Source of the DNA: Fimbriosthenelais zetlandica
Taxonomy: Eukaryota
DNA: 64,000 nt
Direction of reading: 5' to 3'
Assembly: GCA_977030845.1 (NCBI GenBank)
Contig: OZ365110.1
Location: 29,202,001-29,266,000 of the forward strand
The stretch's first letter is position 1; each line of letters opens with the position of its first letter. Positions 1 to 12,640 of this stretch are shown piece by piece. A program made the position numbers and the translations under genes. A model generated the notes under the pieces. That model was not told the DNA's origin, did no database searches, and worked only from the letters and a program-made list of their open reading frames with translations.

Positions 1-1309
1 ACAATTTGTGATGAAGAGAAGAGGTTTTTTTTTAAATTTTAATATGAATTTAAGCCCATATACTAAGCCATGACTCCTTGCCTGCATCAGAATAAAATGG
101 GATGATCGATGCCGCAACCCAAAAAAACCCACCTTGCCACCTCGTTTTTATAAGTTATTTCGCAGACACTGATCTCTGTATCATCAGCTATTCATGAGCT
201 TGAAAAAAAATCAGATTAGATAAAGGTAATAAATCATGGGAGTCTCGAGCTCGGCGGGAATAATTGATGACACGTCTTCATCTGTTGAATGCTGCCGGTC
301 ATATAAACATTTGTCGGGCATGTTGATAAAATAAGGCAATGATTTATCAACAGTTCAATCAAAATCAAATGGTATTTATACTGGTGATGTATCAAATGTT
401 TCGCAGCCTAGAGTTTATATTTATGAGCAATTTATTCTCATATGAATTATGCTATTCCTATATATAATATGGCGTCCACACCAAGCAGACTATGGATACA
501 TGAGGCTCTTGGACTGCATGTAATTCAGTTCATGGTCAATGGCTAGGAGGCAGGATGGACAGATATTAATGCAACCTGTATCATCTAAGCTGTTATGAGT
601 TCTTTGAGGAGCAAAGAAAGGTCATAACGTAAAAACCATGTCGAATGAGCCGTTTTTGAGGTCTATTTGTATCACATCAGTCGTTTAATTGCTGATATAA
701 ATGCTCGCCAGCCGTACAGGTCTTAGACGTATGTGGGCCTACCTCAAAAAAACGGCTAAGTGGATGTTGGGCCTTAAGCCAGGAGCTAATGTTCCCAGCT
801 AAGTCGCCAAGTAAACAACAGAGGCAGTATCATATGAGGGATGATATATCATCTTGTTCCTGAGGAACAAAATCGGAAAATCGGATTGTTGGTTATCCAG
901 AATGTTTTATTGTATATACGACTTTTCATTCAGCCTGGTAAAAATATTTCCATGGGGGCAGCAATAAATGAGCTATATAGTCACTTATCAATTGAGACAT
1001 CATGTCTGACAATTAATGTTTTAGAAATTTAGTATAATGTGATATATAATCGAAGTGAAGACAGAAGCTTGTATTATAGATTTTCATTAAATGAGCTTGT
1101 GATCCAATAATAAAAGCCGCCCATCTTGCTATGACTGAGTCTATGAGCCAAGGTATAGGGTATGATAACAAAATACAAGCTTGTCGTGTTAGAGTCTCAT
1201 ATGCGGCCTGAGACCAATATAGCCATTTGATACCCATAAAATGGCAGGATGTATTGTATGTCTAAAAGTAGATCCATTGAGGCAGTATTAGTCACATTTT
1301 GTCTCATGC

Positions 1310-1780
1310 CAGCATGCAACAAGCTACAGACTTAACAGCCAGAGGCCATGGAGAAATGGGCGGCCGATTAAGAGGGGGAGGATGAATGCAGGATCCATAA
1401 AGTAGAGTATAGTACATTGAGGCGGATGAGGCACAAAGTGATCGAGGTCAATCTGAGGGTCCCATAGGTCAGTGGAACCACATCCTTTCTCTTATGTACA
1501 GGAGAAGGGATACCTGTTCAGATAACCAACAAATAGCCCGGAGGAAATAGATCCATTCCGGCCAGAGCAAGCATTTGGAGAGTACTCTCTTCATAACCTC
1601 CCAATTGCAAGGGTCAGCACCCATGTGTGGTAGCTATTTGTGATGTGGGGCTCCTGGCCGGCTCAATGCCAGGCCAGTAAAGCGGTTATCTTCATGCAGC
1701 GAGCATTTATCGGCTGGTAGGCAGGCATTAGAGTCACTTGGTATGGCCTTGGGTATCACTGCTGTTTCATGCCTGGAGAA
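1310..1780 (-). mobile_element. Decayed Rex1/Babar-L2-group LINE, RT fragment
   Basis: Across frameshifts: AVIPKAIPSDSN / AYQPINARCMKI (cf. PVPK...NDYRPVALTS.MK), PLQL (cf. DPLQF), RLNVLYSTLWIL, ASGC*VCSLL (cf. PQGCVLSPLL). Confidence 0.5.
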
Positions 1781-2986
1781 ACAGACACACTGGAGGAGTT
1801 CTATCCTCACACCCTCTCCAGGGTGCCAATAAGGTTGGAAGGTTGGGCAGAATAAATGTAGGACATTAGGCTAAAAACTGGTTGTTTCTTGTACCATAGT
1901 CTGTCGATAGCACTTAAAGTACAGTCAATGGTGCTTGCTACCTAGAGATGTCTACCTAAAATGTCTTATCAGATCAGACAATTTAGGATTCAGTGCTAGG
2001 TATATATCTTAATTCATAACTTCAAGTGATGGGTTTTTAATGGGATATTCATAGGTGTCTAACCCTGCAAAGGTGACATATCAAAAGCATCTTTTTATCT
2101 GAGCTGACTTTATCAGCTTAAGAAACGAGTAATTTTTATGCGTTACAAATGACAAGGTGTATTCCCTGAGAGCTGGTGGCCCTCAAAGTTTAAAGTGGAG
2201 TTTGATTGTGTGAGGACTTGTAGTGGCTTTGTGGTGAAGCATTCAAAGTGTGCCTAAAAAGGGGCAGACCAGGCGGATGGGTGATTTAGCTTTTTACTTA
2301 GCAAGATTGGTCTGTCTTATTGACTTGACTGTCACATACAAGTGTTGTTCTTAATCCTTACTAGTCAGTGAGTGTCTACAATATGTTTAACGTTATTTAA
2401 GTTTCAAGTACTTGATATCATTTCCCTGTAAATTTGTTACAAGTGTTCACATATATAAGGGCTTTTCTCTCTCAATATAAATTGTGCCACCACAAAAAGT
2501 CCAGGATATATAGTTGATAGAAAGACTATAGTGGAGGACCACATGCATGTTGCAGTGTAGGGATAAGTCTCCCATCATTGTCCTTTTTATGGTCATAATT
2601 ACTCTGAATACACCGCTCGTTTTGCTTGTGACGGTGCACCCATTTAATTCCATAAAACCCGTTCCATGTTGATTAAACCAGAATTACATTCAGATGGTGT
2701 CTCCAGTGAGCGGGTGAATGATGCTAAGCCCCTTAACTACTGAATGCTAATCCTATCAGAGCAGCCAGAACGATAGCCTTAGACACTTTATGAGCAGGCG
2801 GGTAATCTCTTTAAAATAGCACTCTTAAGGCGGTATGCGACCCTCCAAATAATACTTCGAAGGATCTATAGTCTGTGCACATATGTGTATGAAATAATTC
2901 GGAAAATAAATCTGAAACAGCAAGCTAGAGGAACATTCTTAAAGTGCATCAACACCGAGGGGACTATTTGGGTTTGGTGTGGGATT

Positions 2987-3002
2987 GGGGGGGGGGGGGG
3001 GG
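2987..3002. repeat. G16 homopolymer
   Basis: Read directly. Confidence 0.95.
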
Positions 3003-4195
3003 AGGTCATCCTAGCATCACAGAATACCATCCATGCAATTGATTAAAAACCAACCCCCGACTGGGCCATATGCAGAGTGTAGACACACTATTACGACTTT
3101 GATGCATTACGGATTATATACATCAATATTGCGGCTTTGTTGTCCTCGCTCACAATACAGATGGTAAGATGTGGACTTCAATGCTAGCAGCAACAGATAA
3201 AAGACTGGGTATTCTCTACCATACAAATGCACCAATTCCATATGCAGGTTGTGTAATAACAGGAATTGCCCTGTAGAGTATTGTCAGTGATGCACTTGTC
3301 CCTTCATGGATTGTGCTATTCGAGAAGGGGATCACATACGCCTTTAAGCCACTGACTGATTTTTTTGCAGAAAAAAACAATATCCTCTCTTATACCAGGG
3401 CCAATGAAACAACAGCTGCGGAGAATTAGGCTGTCTAAACGCTGCTACCACCTTCAACGTTAATACATTATAGTGTAGATCACTATACAATTCCCTTAGA
3501 TTTCATTAGCCCAAAGGGCTTGAAGTACATGTATGGTATACTGCATATATCATTATATGGAATAGGCTACAGTTACAATCATTCAACCCCACGACAACAG
3601 GGTGATCAGCAAACAACAGATCGAAAACTGTTATTTTAAATACAATCAGTTTTTTGTTATCATAGACAACTGTGAAAATTGACGGGTGAGTCTTTAATAA
3701 GGAAGGATGTATTATTAAACAAAATTAGTCTCATAATATTGTTTTAAGATTCATTTAAAACCACTAAAACCACTCAATCATAACAGCCATAACAATATCT
3801 AAAGACGTCATCATGAGAAGAGAAGGGAGGGTGAGCGATAATAGAAGCAATGTATGTTAGTGCGGCGTAAAACAATAATTAAAATTAAAAATAAAGGGCC
3901 TACACCCCTACAAACACACAAGTTATTTTGAGAATAGGCATGGTTAAAATTGAGATAAATGCAGATCATTTACTTACCACAACAATCTGTTGAAGCAACG
4001 TCCAAGAGTGTGAACTCAATGAGTATAGTGAGTGATATCCTGGGAGGTCCTTGGTCATCATCATGCGGTTTAAGCGCGCAATGGTTGAGTAAAATCATCC
4101 AGGTTTTCTGGTTAAAAATACTCTCTTCTTGGGGATACCTTATCCAAACGCAGTTTCATTAGAAATTATTCCTTCAAACTCTGAAAGCTCGTATT

Positions 4196-4792
4196 AGAGT
4201 TGTTCCATACTCCCAACAGTTGGACGCACTGAACTATAGAGGTGAATCTTACAAGGGCCTGTGATGTAACAGGTTCATAGCCAAACAATCCCACCTGAGG
4301 CTTTACCAAACCAAACCAATAGGGTTGGGGTGGTGGTGGGTGTGTGTGTCGGGGGGTGGGGGGTGGGGGGGAGCACTGCTTGCTACTGTCGTATGCAAAT
4401 GAGGTCTCCCAATTTTATTTGGATAAGGCTGCATAAACTAATTTCACCAGAATCAATCATCCAATGAATATAAGTCAGTACTGAACAAATAGACCTATCT
4501 ACCGTAACACCGTAGATACCGTAGACCGTAAGTCAGTTTTATCTTACATGTGAATAAATCTGTTTTTGACTTGGTAATTTCATATAAATTAAACAATAAC
4601 TAGCCAGTATAAAAAAGTACAACGATTTACTGTTTACTCTGGCCTAACCGACACCATACATGCCGCCCTGCTTTATTTTTGGCGTCAAATTAAAAGAGAT
4701 TGTTTGGTTATGAGCCTGATATAGTAGAGACCCTTCTTGGCTTTGCCTCTGCAGTTCAGGGCGTCCAACTGTTGGGAATAGGGAACAACTCT
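4196..4792. mobile_element. MITE-like element or inverted pair of one repeat family; 47-bp arms
   Basis: 4196-4242 (AGAGTTGTTCCATACTCCCAACAGTTGGACGCACTGAACTATAGAGG) versus the reverse complement of 4746-4792 shows 5 mismatches. Weaker similarity extends outward. TSD not identified. Confidence 0.6.
4322..4371. repeat. G/GT-rich low-complexity tract (G4-capable)
   Basis: Multiple G3-G7 runs and (TG)n. Confidence 0.9.
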
Positions 4793-5712
4793 CCTGAAAA
4801 CATTCAGACATCCTTTTCGGAGAATAGTCGTAGCTGAAAAGGCCGCGTGTATATGGACGGATTAATTATCGCGTTGGGGAGGGATTAAAGATTAGTAATT
4901 CATTCATTTACCACCCATAGACCACTACCCAATCTCATGGAATTCCTTTTAAGATGGAAAAAAAATTATCAGTGACCACTGAACAACCAGAGACCACGAC
5001 CGTGTGGAATACATCCATAATAACATACAGGAGGTTAAGCTCCTATCTCGTTGGAGAGCGTACATTAGCGAATTGTTAATACACAGGAAATCTTAAAAGT
5101 AGCGAAAAGATCTGGAAACGCGTAAACTTATAGATACGATATGATTGGGAGGGGCTAATTACGCAATTCCTCACGAAATATCAGCGTAGGCCCACACAAC
5201 TCATTGTAGGCTGAGGAAAACCATTGATAGTGTAGATCTCAATGATTAAGTCTATACAAGACTGCCACTTCTCATCTCATCATATTTAAACTGAAATTGA
5301 TTTTCTTTGCAAAATTGAAGCCAAGCACATTCTACTTCTTTTCCATCAACTCAGAAAGAACTTAATTCAAGTGTAAACGTGTCATCTGTGTGTCTATACC
5401 CATGTCTCTCCCTCCTAGTCCAAAGTGTTGTCAACCTTAGAAGCTCGGCTGTAAGGTCCCTACTATGAGATTTCAAAGTCAGCACATTGAGACAATGCCC
5501 TGATTGAACCGTCCCATCTCATTCAAGATGAAATGCCAAGTTTTTTCACACAATTTCCTTCCTTGCCATTAGAGAAGGAAGGGGTCTTTGAACGCTTAAA
5601 TGCGCTAAGGCAAATATTGCAGCACCGCAACCTCAGTGCATTTTACCCAGAAGTTTTTCGTGTGTTATTGTACATTACAAATACATATCTGTTCTGAAAA
5701 TGCTGTACAAAA

Positions 5713-6070
5713 TTAATGTTGCCCGGTCTCAAATAAGAAATACAGCCTGGATTTGCCGCCTTCATGCAGTCCTAACACAAAAGTTCCCTTTGAGAAAAAT
5801 AAACTTGTATGCAACGTATCCTTTTCATAGCCACGGGCTAGCCCAAATTCCATTTGTAGGTCCCCAAACGGAGAAAATCCAATTTTCTCTCCAATCACAT
5901 TGTAATGCTTATCTATCTAAAGAAAAGCATCAAATCCCTTTCCTTGCTCAGGAATCATTTGCACCCTTCAGGGTAAAACAGTTTTTTTTCCATGGTTCCA
6001 ACTTTCTTTGTTTATCCCATTCTCTACTTTTATCTTCCCATGCATAAACCCATTAGTAAGATTTTCACAT
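5713..6070 (-). pseudogene. Disrupted fragment resembling the N-terminal region of transposon-associated 'G2E3-like/HECT' uncharacterised proteins
   Basis: KKLFYPEG, then SPFGDLQMEFGLAR...KSRLYFL in different frames. Similarity to LFFPNG.S.FG...MxFGLA...RLYL is recalled from memory only. Confidence 0.3.
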
Positions 6071-6929
6071 TCTATACTTCTCACATTGGAATTATCCAAG
6101 TTTTCTAATTCTTTTATTTTTCAGCGACACCTGCCCACATTGACGATGATGGAGAAGGCGTGGGTCTGCCACCTATCGGTAATATCATTAATCATTAAGA
6201 ACAATTTACCATGGCAACCACTTACGCCTTGTTTGCCATTACATCAGTCAGTTTTTTAACTATGATATGGTCTTCTCACTTTTTTTTAGTATAAGTCATC
6301 ATCAACTTCATCTTCATCAGCCTCGTTACTTGTTACTTTTTGGTTGGCATGTGCCTCCGAGCGGCAAATCCAATTTATTTGCTCACAAGAATAACACAGT
6401 AACAGGAACAATCATCACTTAGCAATTAGTGATGTCTCTTTGTTAAGACGCCACAGACTTGAATTTAAACATGCTTATCACGTGCCCTTTTGCTTACGAA
6501 AACCTACATTACCGCCACTCCCAGTTATTCCACCGATTCGCAAGATGACGAAAAGTCTGCGACAGGGGATTATTGATGGTATTTGATAATCAGTAATGAT
6601 GAAGGACAAATAATCCAGAAGGCAATATTTGAGAGAAAAATAATATAAAAAATTAATCTGATACTCTGACATTGTCTTTGTAGCTTGTATTACAATAGAG
6701 AATGAAATGAGCAGTTATTTTATATTATGATTAAAGGACTAGTGGGATCTAAATTTGGAAATGTGTTTCAGGTATGAAACAAACATTACTTTGCAGTTAG
6801 TTCTCTGTTAGTAAAATTTCAAAGCTCAGCTGAAGATGAAAGAGGCAGATTATAGATTAGAGATATTTCTCTCTTTGGTGAGTGGCCCCGTGTGTACATG
6901 TTGTGTGTTTATTACCTATGTTTTTCAAG

Positions 6930-7038
6930 GTGGCTTATTCATCTCCCCAGGCGTGTCAATCATTATCATTGTGGGCGTGGCTCTGGTCGTTGTCGTCTAC
7001 GTGGCCATCATGATCGTGTGTGTAATGTGCCTTCAAAG
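6930..7038 (+). CDS. Internal coding exon: transmembrane segment of a type I membrane protein (GGLFISPGVSIIIIVGVALVVVVYVAIMIVCVMCLQ-R)
   Basis: Acceptor tttttcaag|G at 6929/6930 (alternative in-frame acceptor atctccccag|G at 6950/6951). Strong donor AAG|gtaagt at 7038/7039. About 25 consecutive mostly hydrophobic residues. Phase-2 end (AG) joins exon 14884 (G) to give AGG=Arg and a polybasic RRRRR stop-transfer. Confidence 0.8.
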
Positions 7039-9942
7039 GTAAGTACCTTGACATTGCTTTTCTTCTTTGAAAATTATTCTTTTATAGTTTTAGAGGACAA
7101 CATTTGCTTTAAACGATTTTGTCATGGGTGCGAGGGGGAGGGGGATTGCACACAACCCACACTCCCTCATGATCCTTCCACATCAGATTTAGGGTTAGGG
7201 TTCGGTGTAGTGTAGAACAGGCTTTAGTATAGAAGATGGTATAAATTAGGGAATGAATACAACCCACAGATTCTTTTCAGGTCCCCTCCCGATACTCCAG
7301 TTCATGCATAAAGGAAAAACCACCAGTGACCTTTCAGTCCACTGTCGGGGTTGAAGCTTTGTATATATGGGCCTCCTCAAAACAGAACTGCTCAGTACCA
7401 CAAACCACCTATTACTAGGTACCTCACTAGAGGTCCTCACCCAAGAGAATATAGATTGGCACAAGCCCGTGATATATAACCAGGTTTCATTATCATTAAA
7501 ATATGGGTACGTCCTTGCCGGGGTTATATATAACCCATAGGCCTAATTATGTGCCAATGCCTCACTGATAAGCATATATTGTGTGTGCTACCTGCTTCAG
7601 CAAATATCCCAGGTCATAGCTGGGCTTGTGTCAGTAATTCACTGTACATAATATTTCTTGCTGAGTGTACACACTGTATGTGGCTATTTTAAGGCCATTT
7701 GTCTGAGCATATGAGAGCAACACACAAAAGGGCAAAAGCTCAATTGTTCGAAGAGCTCAGGCTCTAGGTTAGGGGATAGAACATCGTAGCAGTGTTAGCA
7801 TCTGGAAAGGTGACGAGGTTGTAAGCAGGAAAGCTTGGCGAGCATCGGTTTTTATGTTTATCAATACATCCCTCATTATGAGCCTTTCCCAAGGTCATTT
7901 TGTGTATAGACAAGTTCAGCGGCTTTCCCCCCTGAGATGCCAGCCTTCCCTTTGTAGACATTCCCTCTAACGTGTCAATCTCAGGGCTTGCGTGGGTGAG
8001 AAAGGCGATACTTATCTTTTCACCAAGCATCCCTCTCTGCTTGTAATTTTCTACCGCGGGCAAAGTTCACCCCACAAAATATGGCCGACATACCGCTACC
8101 ATATGAGCATTGCTTTGTCTGTTTTATTTAGCTTACTGCAATGTCAAATATCATAGGTTTGTTAGAGGATACCTATGTCATAACAATGATCAAAATGTAC
8201 GTACATGTACATATTTACTCAGTTTATTAATGGTTAACAATATTTAAGGCTCTGGCGAGGCCAGGTTTCCAGCCTTAATAGAAAAAAGTCCATAAAAACT
8301 CACACAATAACATGTACAAGCACATTTCGAAAAGATCCCAGAGCAATATTCCTAATATTCTAATTAAAGTGCAGTCCATCTTCGTGCCTCGTGTGACTCA
8401 TAAATGGGAACAAAGACGGAAGTCTTGTGAAGCCAGGCACTTCACCCAAATAATGTTCACAGAGTATGAGTGTGCCTAAGCAGTGAGAGAGAGGAAACAC
8501 TAGCTCCTCCTCCCCCTCTTTATACAGTTATCTATGAGGAGGGTAATAAAATACAAGTAGAGTTAATCAGAGCTTGGGGCTTGATCATGGCTCCCTATGA
8601 TGAAGCCAGAACTAAGCCAAGCCACGTCAAGCACAGAGACCTTATAAAACACACCTAGCTTTCATCACTCCTGTCGCCATCTCACGATTACATTGCAAGT
8701 GATAGGAGGACGGGTTATAACAAATTACCTGTAACTCCCTCCTCTCATCCATCTCAGCCCACATATGTATATTATCTTAACTCTTTCAAAGGCCGTAATA
8801 TTCTTGTACTTTCAAAGATTACGTATCAGCCCTTCGACTAAAGTATGTCTTAGAACATAAAAACAGCAATAAGAGTGAAAATAAGTCACTATCTGAGGCA
8901 TTTACGTCTCCAAATAGTGGCTTATGAACGACTTTGTAAGACATTTCCAGGACTATGTTATACAAAGTATATGGATTATTTTCAAATAATAAGTCATCGA
9001 GAGTAAATTTCTGACTCGACGAGTGGGTATCGGTTGCTAGAGGAGTCCATAAAGCACTTAGATTTGATAAGAGTGGTTTTTACAGCCCCCGAGCGCCCAC
9101 TGAGAGGTGTGTGAGTGTGTGTTTAATGGTAGTTTGTCACGCCTTACCAATATGGCTTGATGAATACCCAACTTTTCCCAGTCTAAACAGATTCCACGTC
9201 TCTGCCACCCTCACCCAACTACACCCTCTACCACAGAGCACTAGTCACATGTGGACGAGCATGATATAGTCCTATTCAATCATATATCCAAGATCCACTG
9301 AAAATTATACAAGAAATTATACATTCATATTATAAAACCATTTTGTCATTTGACCCAGCATCCCATAGCTACATGATCGACTGAGGCCACGGCATGATGG
9401 GCTCATAATAGATTCTTGGCCAAGTGAAAAGGTCTACGGGGCAAGAGAGAAGATATATCGGACAGCGTGTCCGGGCCTTTGAACATACTTTAGTGTGTGC
9501 CCTTGTATAGTGGATCTCGGACTTATGCTTTATGAGAGACACCTCGCTACCTGCGCTCCATACAAAAGATGCCAGTGTCTACATGTCAGTCACTCAGAAT
9601 GCTGTGATGGGAGAATTACACACAGCTCACTCTGGTGGAGAATTACACAGTTCACTTAGCAGCGAGCACGCTGTTCGTGACCATCACATATGATCCAGGC
9701 GCAACCACAGCCTCAGTGATGATAGCTAGCGATGGATTTTCAATATCTAAATACCTCGCATGCAGAAGGCGGGATCACACTTTTTGTGAGTGAGAATTTT
9801 ATGACTGGTGTCCCTGCCAGTGTGGCTGGTGGTGGCAATTGATACTGTTCAACAACACTGACAGTGATGTATATCTATATTGACAGAGACTGCGAGATGC
9901 ATTCCAAGTTTTCCCACACTGTTACAATTCCTAACAGTGGGA

Positions 9943-9970
9943 CACTGTTGGTGCAGCTGCACCAACAGTG
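9943..9970. repeat. Perfect 28-bp palindrome CACTGTTGGTGCAGCTGCACCAACAGTG
   Basis: Read directly from the sequence. It lies in the left subterminal region of the CACTA-like element. Confidence 0.95.
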
Positions 9971-10014
9971 GCAAAATCGGGATAGAAATTACCATGGTTC
10001 CTGCAAGGGAAGTG

Positions 10015-10300
10015 CCACTGTTATGGTGCCACTGTTGGTGTCTCCTAATTGCCACTGTTGGTGTAACCACCTTTGCCACTGTTGGTGTCTACTAATTGCC
10101 ACTGTTGGTGTCTACTAATTGCCACTGTTGGTGCTTCCTACTTGCCACTGTTGGCGTCTCCGACTTGCCACTGTTGGCGTCTCCGACTTTCCACTGTTGG
10201 CGTCTCCGACTTGCCACTGTTGGTGTCATCTATTTGCCATTGTTAGTGTTGCCTATATGCCACTGTTCTGGGACTAGTATTGCCACTGTTCTTGCACCCC
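10015..10300 (+). repeat. Left subterminal array, 23-bp period (GCCACTGTT + variable 14 bp)
   Basis: Units start at 10028, 10051, 10075, 10098, 10121, 10144, 10167, 10190, 10213, 10236, 10259 and 10282, plus a shorter one at about 10014. Confidence 0.95.
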
Positions 10301-10306
10301 AGTTAT

Positions 10307-10347
10307 CCCTCCCCTTCCCTTCCCTCCCCTCCCCTCCCTCCCCTCCC
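10307..10347. repeat. (CCCT/CCCCT)n polypyrimidine tract; G-quadruplex-capable on the minus strand
   Basis: ccctccccttcccttccctcccctcccctccctcccctccc. Confidence 0.95.
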
Positions 10348-11448
10348 GCTGTTCTATTCCAGGGGATTAATCTTTATTTTGGGGAACATCATTTTCATTC
10401 ACCATAATTCATCATTTCATCATTTTCCCATAATTTAATATGAGTCATTTTCCTTGTGAAGTAGATTGGAGAGTGGTTCTTTCCCTGCAAGATAATATAG
10501 TGTACATGATAAAATATGTGTCTTCTTAGTAGGGTTATTTTCCAGATATGAATAATGGTGGGAAACTTTACAATTCTATCTGCAAATTCCTTATATATAC
10601 ATGGATATACAGCAGTAAAAATCATAATTCCTAGAAAGGTGTGTGCATTATGTGTTTAACCCAGACAAGTTAAAAAATAATATTAATGTATAATTACCTC
10701 CATTTCGCCAGCCCTATTGTGTTTCCATTTATGTAGTCTCCCGTGGGACGAAGCTTTCTCACCAGTAGGCCCGGGTGATGAAGGGGTGGGTACACGGGGG
10801 TGGGTAAAGAAGGATGACAGTTCAATCTTTCAATCACCGAAATGTAAAAACAACTGATTTGTACGAATAATTCTTTTCTTAAATATGATTAGTAATCTTT
10901 GTCCTTCTGAATTGCCAGATAATTTCATTAGATTTAAAAAAAAAAGTATTCCAGACAGAATTTAAAATAGAATAATGACCTAGGCTTTCTCACCTCTGTA
11001 TCTGTTTGAAGGAATGGGTTTAGGCTTGTGGGTTCATTTAACTTTGCAGTTCTCTTCCTTTCTCCTTTAGTTCCATCCTGTAAAAATACCAATAAGTACA
11101 CTTAATTACTAATTATAATAGAGACCTTCGCCTGTAGATTCGTTGTTTTAAATCCAGGTGAAATAACTCTTTAATTGAGGCGGTTCATAACTTTATAAAA
11201 TATACCCCATACTAGCTGAATTCAAATGTCTGTTGTGCCTATCACATTCAATTGAATTGGAGGGAAATATGGCGCCGAAGAGGTGGGACATGGCGGGGGC
11301 GGGTGTAAAGCCGGCATCTTCAAAGGAACCGTCTTGTGGGGGGATTACCATAATCCCACCTCTGTAACCGACTTGCCCCAGTGTCAATGCATTTTATAAT
11401 TATAAATTCACTATTATTTAATTCTAAATTGAGATACCTCTTCAAAAT

Positions 11449-11768
11449 GGACAAATGATACCTAACAAATTTCATTAATATTCCTGCCAGAAATATGAGA
11501 AAACAGATTTACGAACTCAGAGAAATACATATGTACATCCGGAAGTGTGAACTTAATGTGTGAGCTAAACTCACGGCATGCTAGTATAAGGTACAGCTAT
11601 TTGGACTAGGACAAATGATACCTAACAAATTTCATTAATATTCCTGCCAGAAATATGAGAAAACAGATTTACGAACTCAGAGAAATACATATGTACATCC
11701 GGAAGTGTGAACTTAATGTGTGAGCTAAACTCACGGCATGCTAGTATAAGCTACAGCTATTTGGACTA
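11449..11768 (+). repeat. 160-bp tandem duplication (11449-11608 / 11609-11768)
   Basis: Copies compared by eye are identical except G11591 versus C11751. Confidence 0.97.
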
Positions 11769-12134
11769 GGAAGTATTACCCAATTAGATATACAAACCAT
11801 GTCTAACTTCCAGTATCGATTGTGAGGGTGGTTGTCCAATTCTTCATTAATATGGATGGGCATTGAATCTGAAAACGAAAAAAAGATATGCGCATAGAGT
11901 CTATTATAGCTACAATAAAAGCCCAAAATGTGAGCAAATTGAAGATCAAATGTATGCTATTTAAAGTAGTATGCTTACCATGTACATGTTCATTGTCCAT
12001 GTTTGTCCACCACAGACCTCTTGTCTCTTCAATAGTCAGAGTACAACTGACCCACGGCCCATCATTCCTACATAAAGCCTACACTAATCCGTCCATTGTT
12101 CTATAGCTTTATTATACATGTACACATGTACATG

Positions 12135-12290
12135 TACTGTAAAATATTAACATTTCGCGTGTCCTTTAATTTCGTGATTTCCGCACTAAAAACATATTGT
12201 GACATTAAGACACGCGAGATTAAAGTCTTTCAATCAACTGGAATACGAAAACTTTGCCAAAACGCGAATTTAAGAATCACAAAATAAATA
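12135..12290. mobile_element. Fragment of a TACTGTAAA/TTTCGCG-type small DNA element nested in the CACTA-like element
   Basis: Starts TACTGTAAAATATTAACATTTCGCG and has repeated TTTCGCG/TTTCGTG/CGCGAA motifs, resembling a widespread invertebrate MITE-like family (recalled, not searched). No matching far end found. Confidence 0.35.
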
Positions 12291-12640
12291 AAAAGCTGAT
12301 AAATTCCAAATTAAATATTTCAGGGTAACTAGCTTTCACCCCTGCCATAATAAAGCCACATCCGTGGTCAGGCTTGGCGTGGAGGGAAGTGGGGCATAAT
12401 TATATTGACTTGTTCAGTACAAGCCAGACGTATTGTAGCTATTTTCTCAAATAATTCGTCAATTTAAAAAGGTGTTAATGCTTGATGGCACATTATGTAC
12501 ATGTACATGTTAACAATAATATATTACTTGCTATTCAAACCATCCCCAAAAATGTCTAATGCTAAACTATCTGGCTTGGTATATGGGGGCTGCTAATTAA
12601 GAGATTAGTGATAGTGACCATCAACAATGGCAATGGTAAT

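Noticed and set aside
3103-3163. FN3-like peptide FVVLAHNTDG as an ectodomain exon
   Set aside because: There is an in-frame TGA at 3100-3102 and no AG acceptor between it and 3159.
3666-3685. 20-nt exon with strong donor gtgagt
   Set aside because: Only the phase 0-to-2 reading is open, and it cannot join the phase-1 TM exon directly. Unsupported without transcripts.
7521-7536. Short perfect palindromes (GGGTTATATATAACCC; also 50603-50616)
   Set aside because: These are short or low-complexity and plausible by chance in 64 kb. No associated structure.
10015-10300. CRISPR-like look of a constant motif with variable spacers
   Set aside because: The core is only 9 bp, the 14-bp spacers are related to each other, there are no cas genes and the context is eukaryotic. 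It is better explained as transposon subterminal repeats.
9849-10407. Cys/His-rich ORFs (CHCWC repeats), and similar ORF 12723-12974
   Set aside because: These are translation artefacts of the 23-bp arrays. Overlapping ORFs occur in several frames on both strands.
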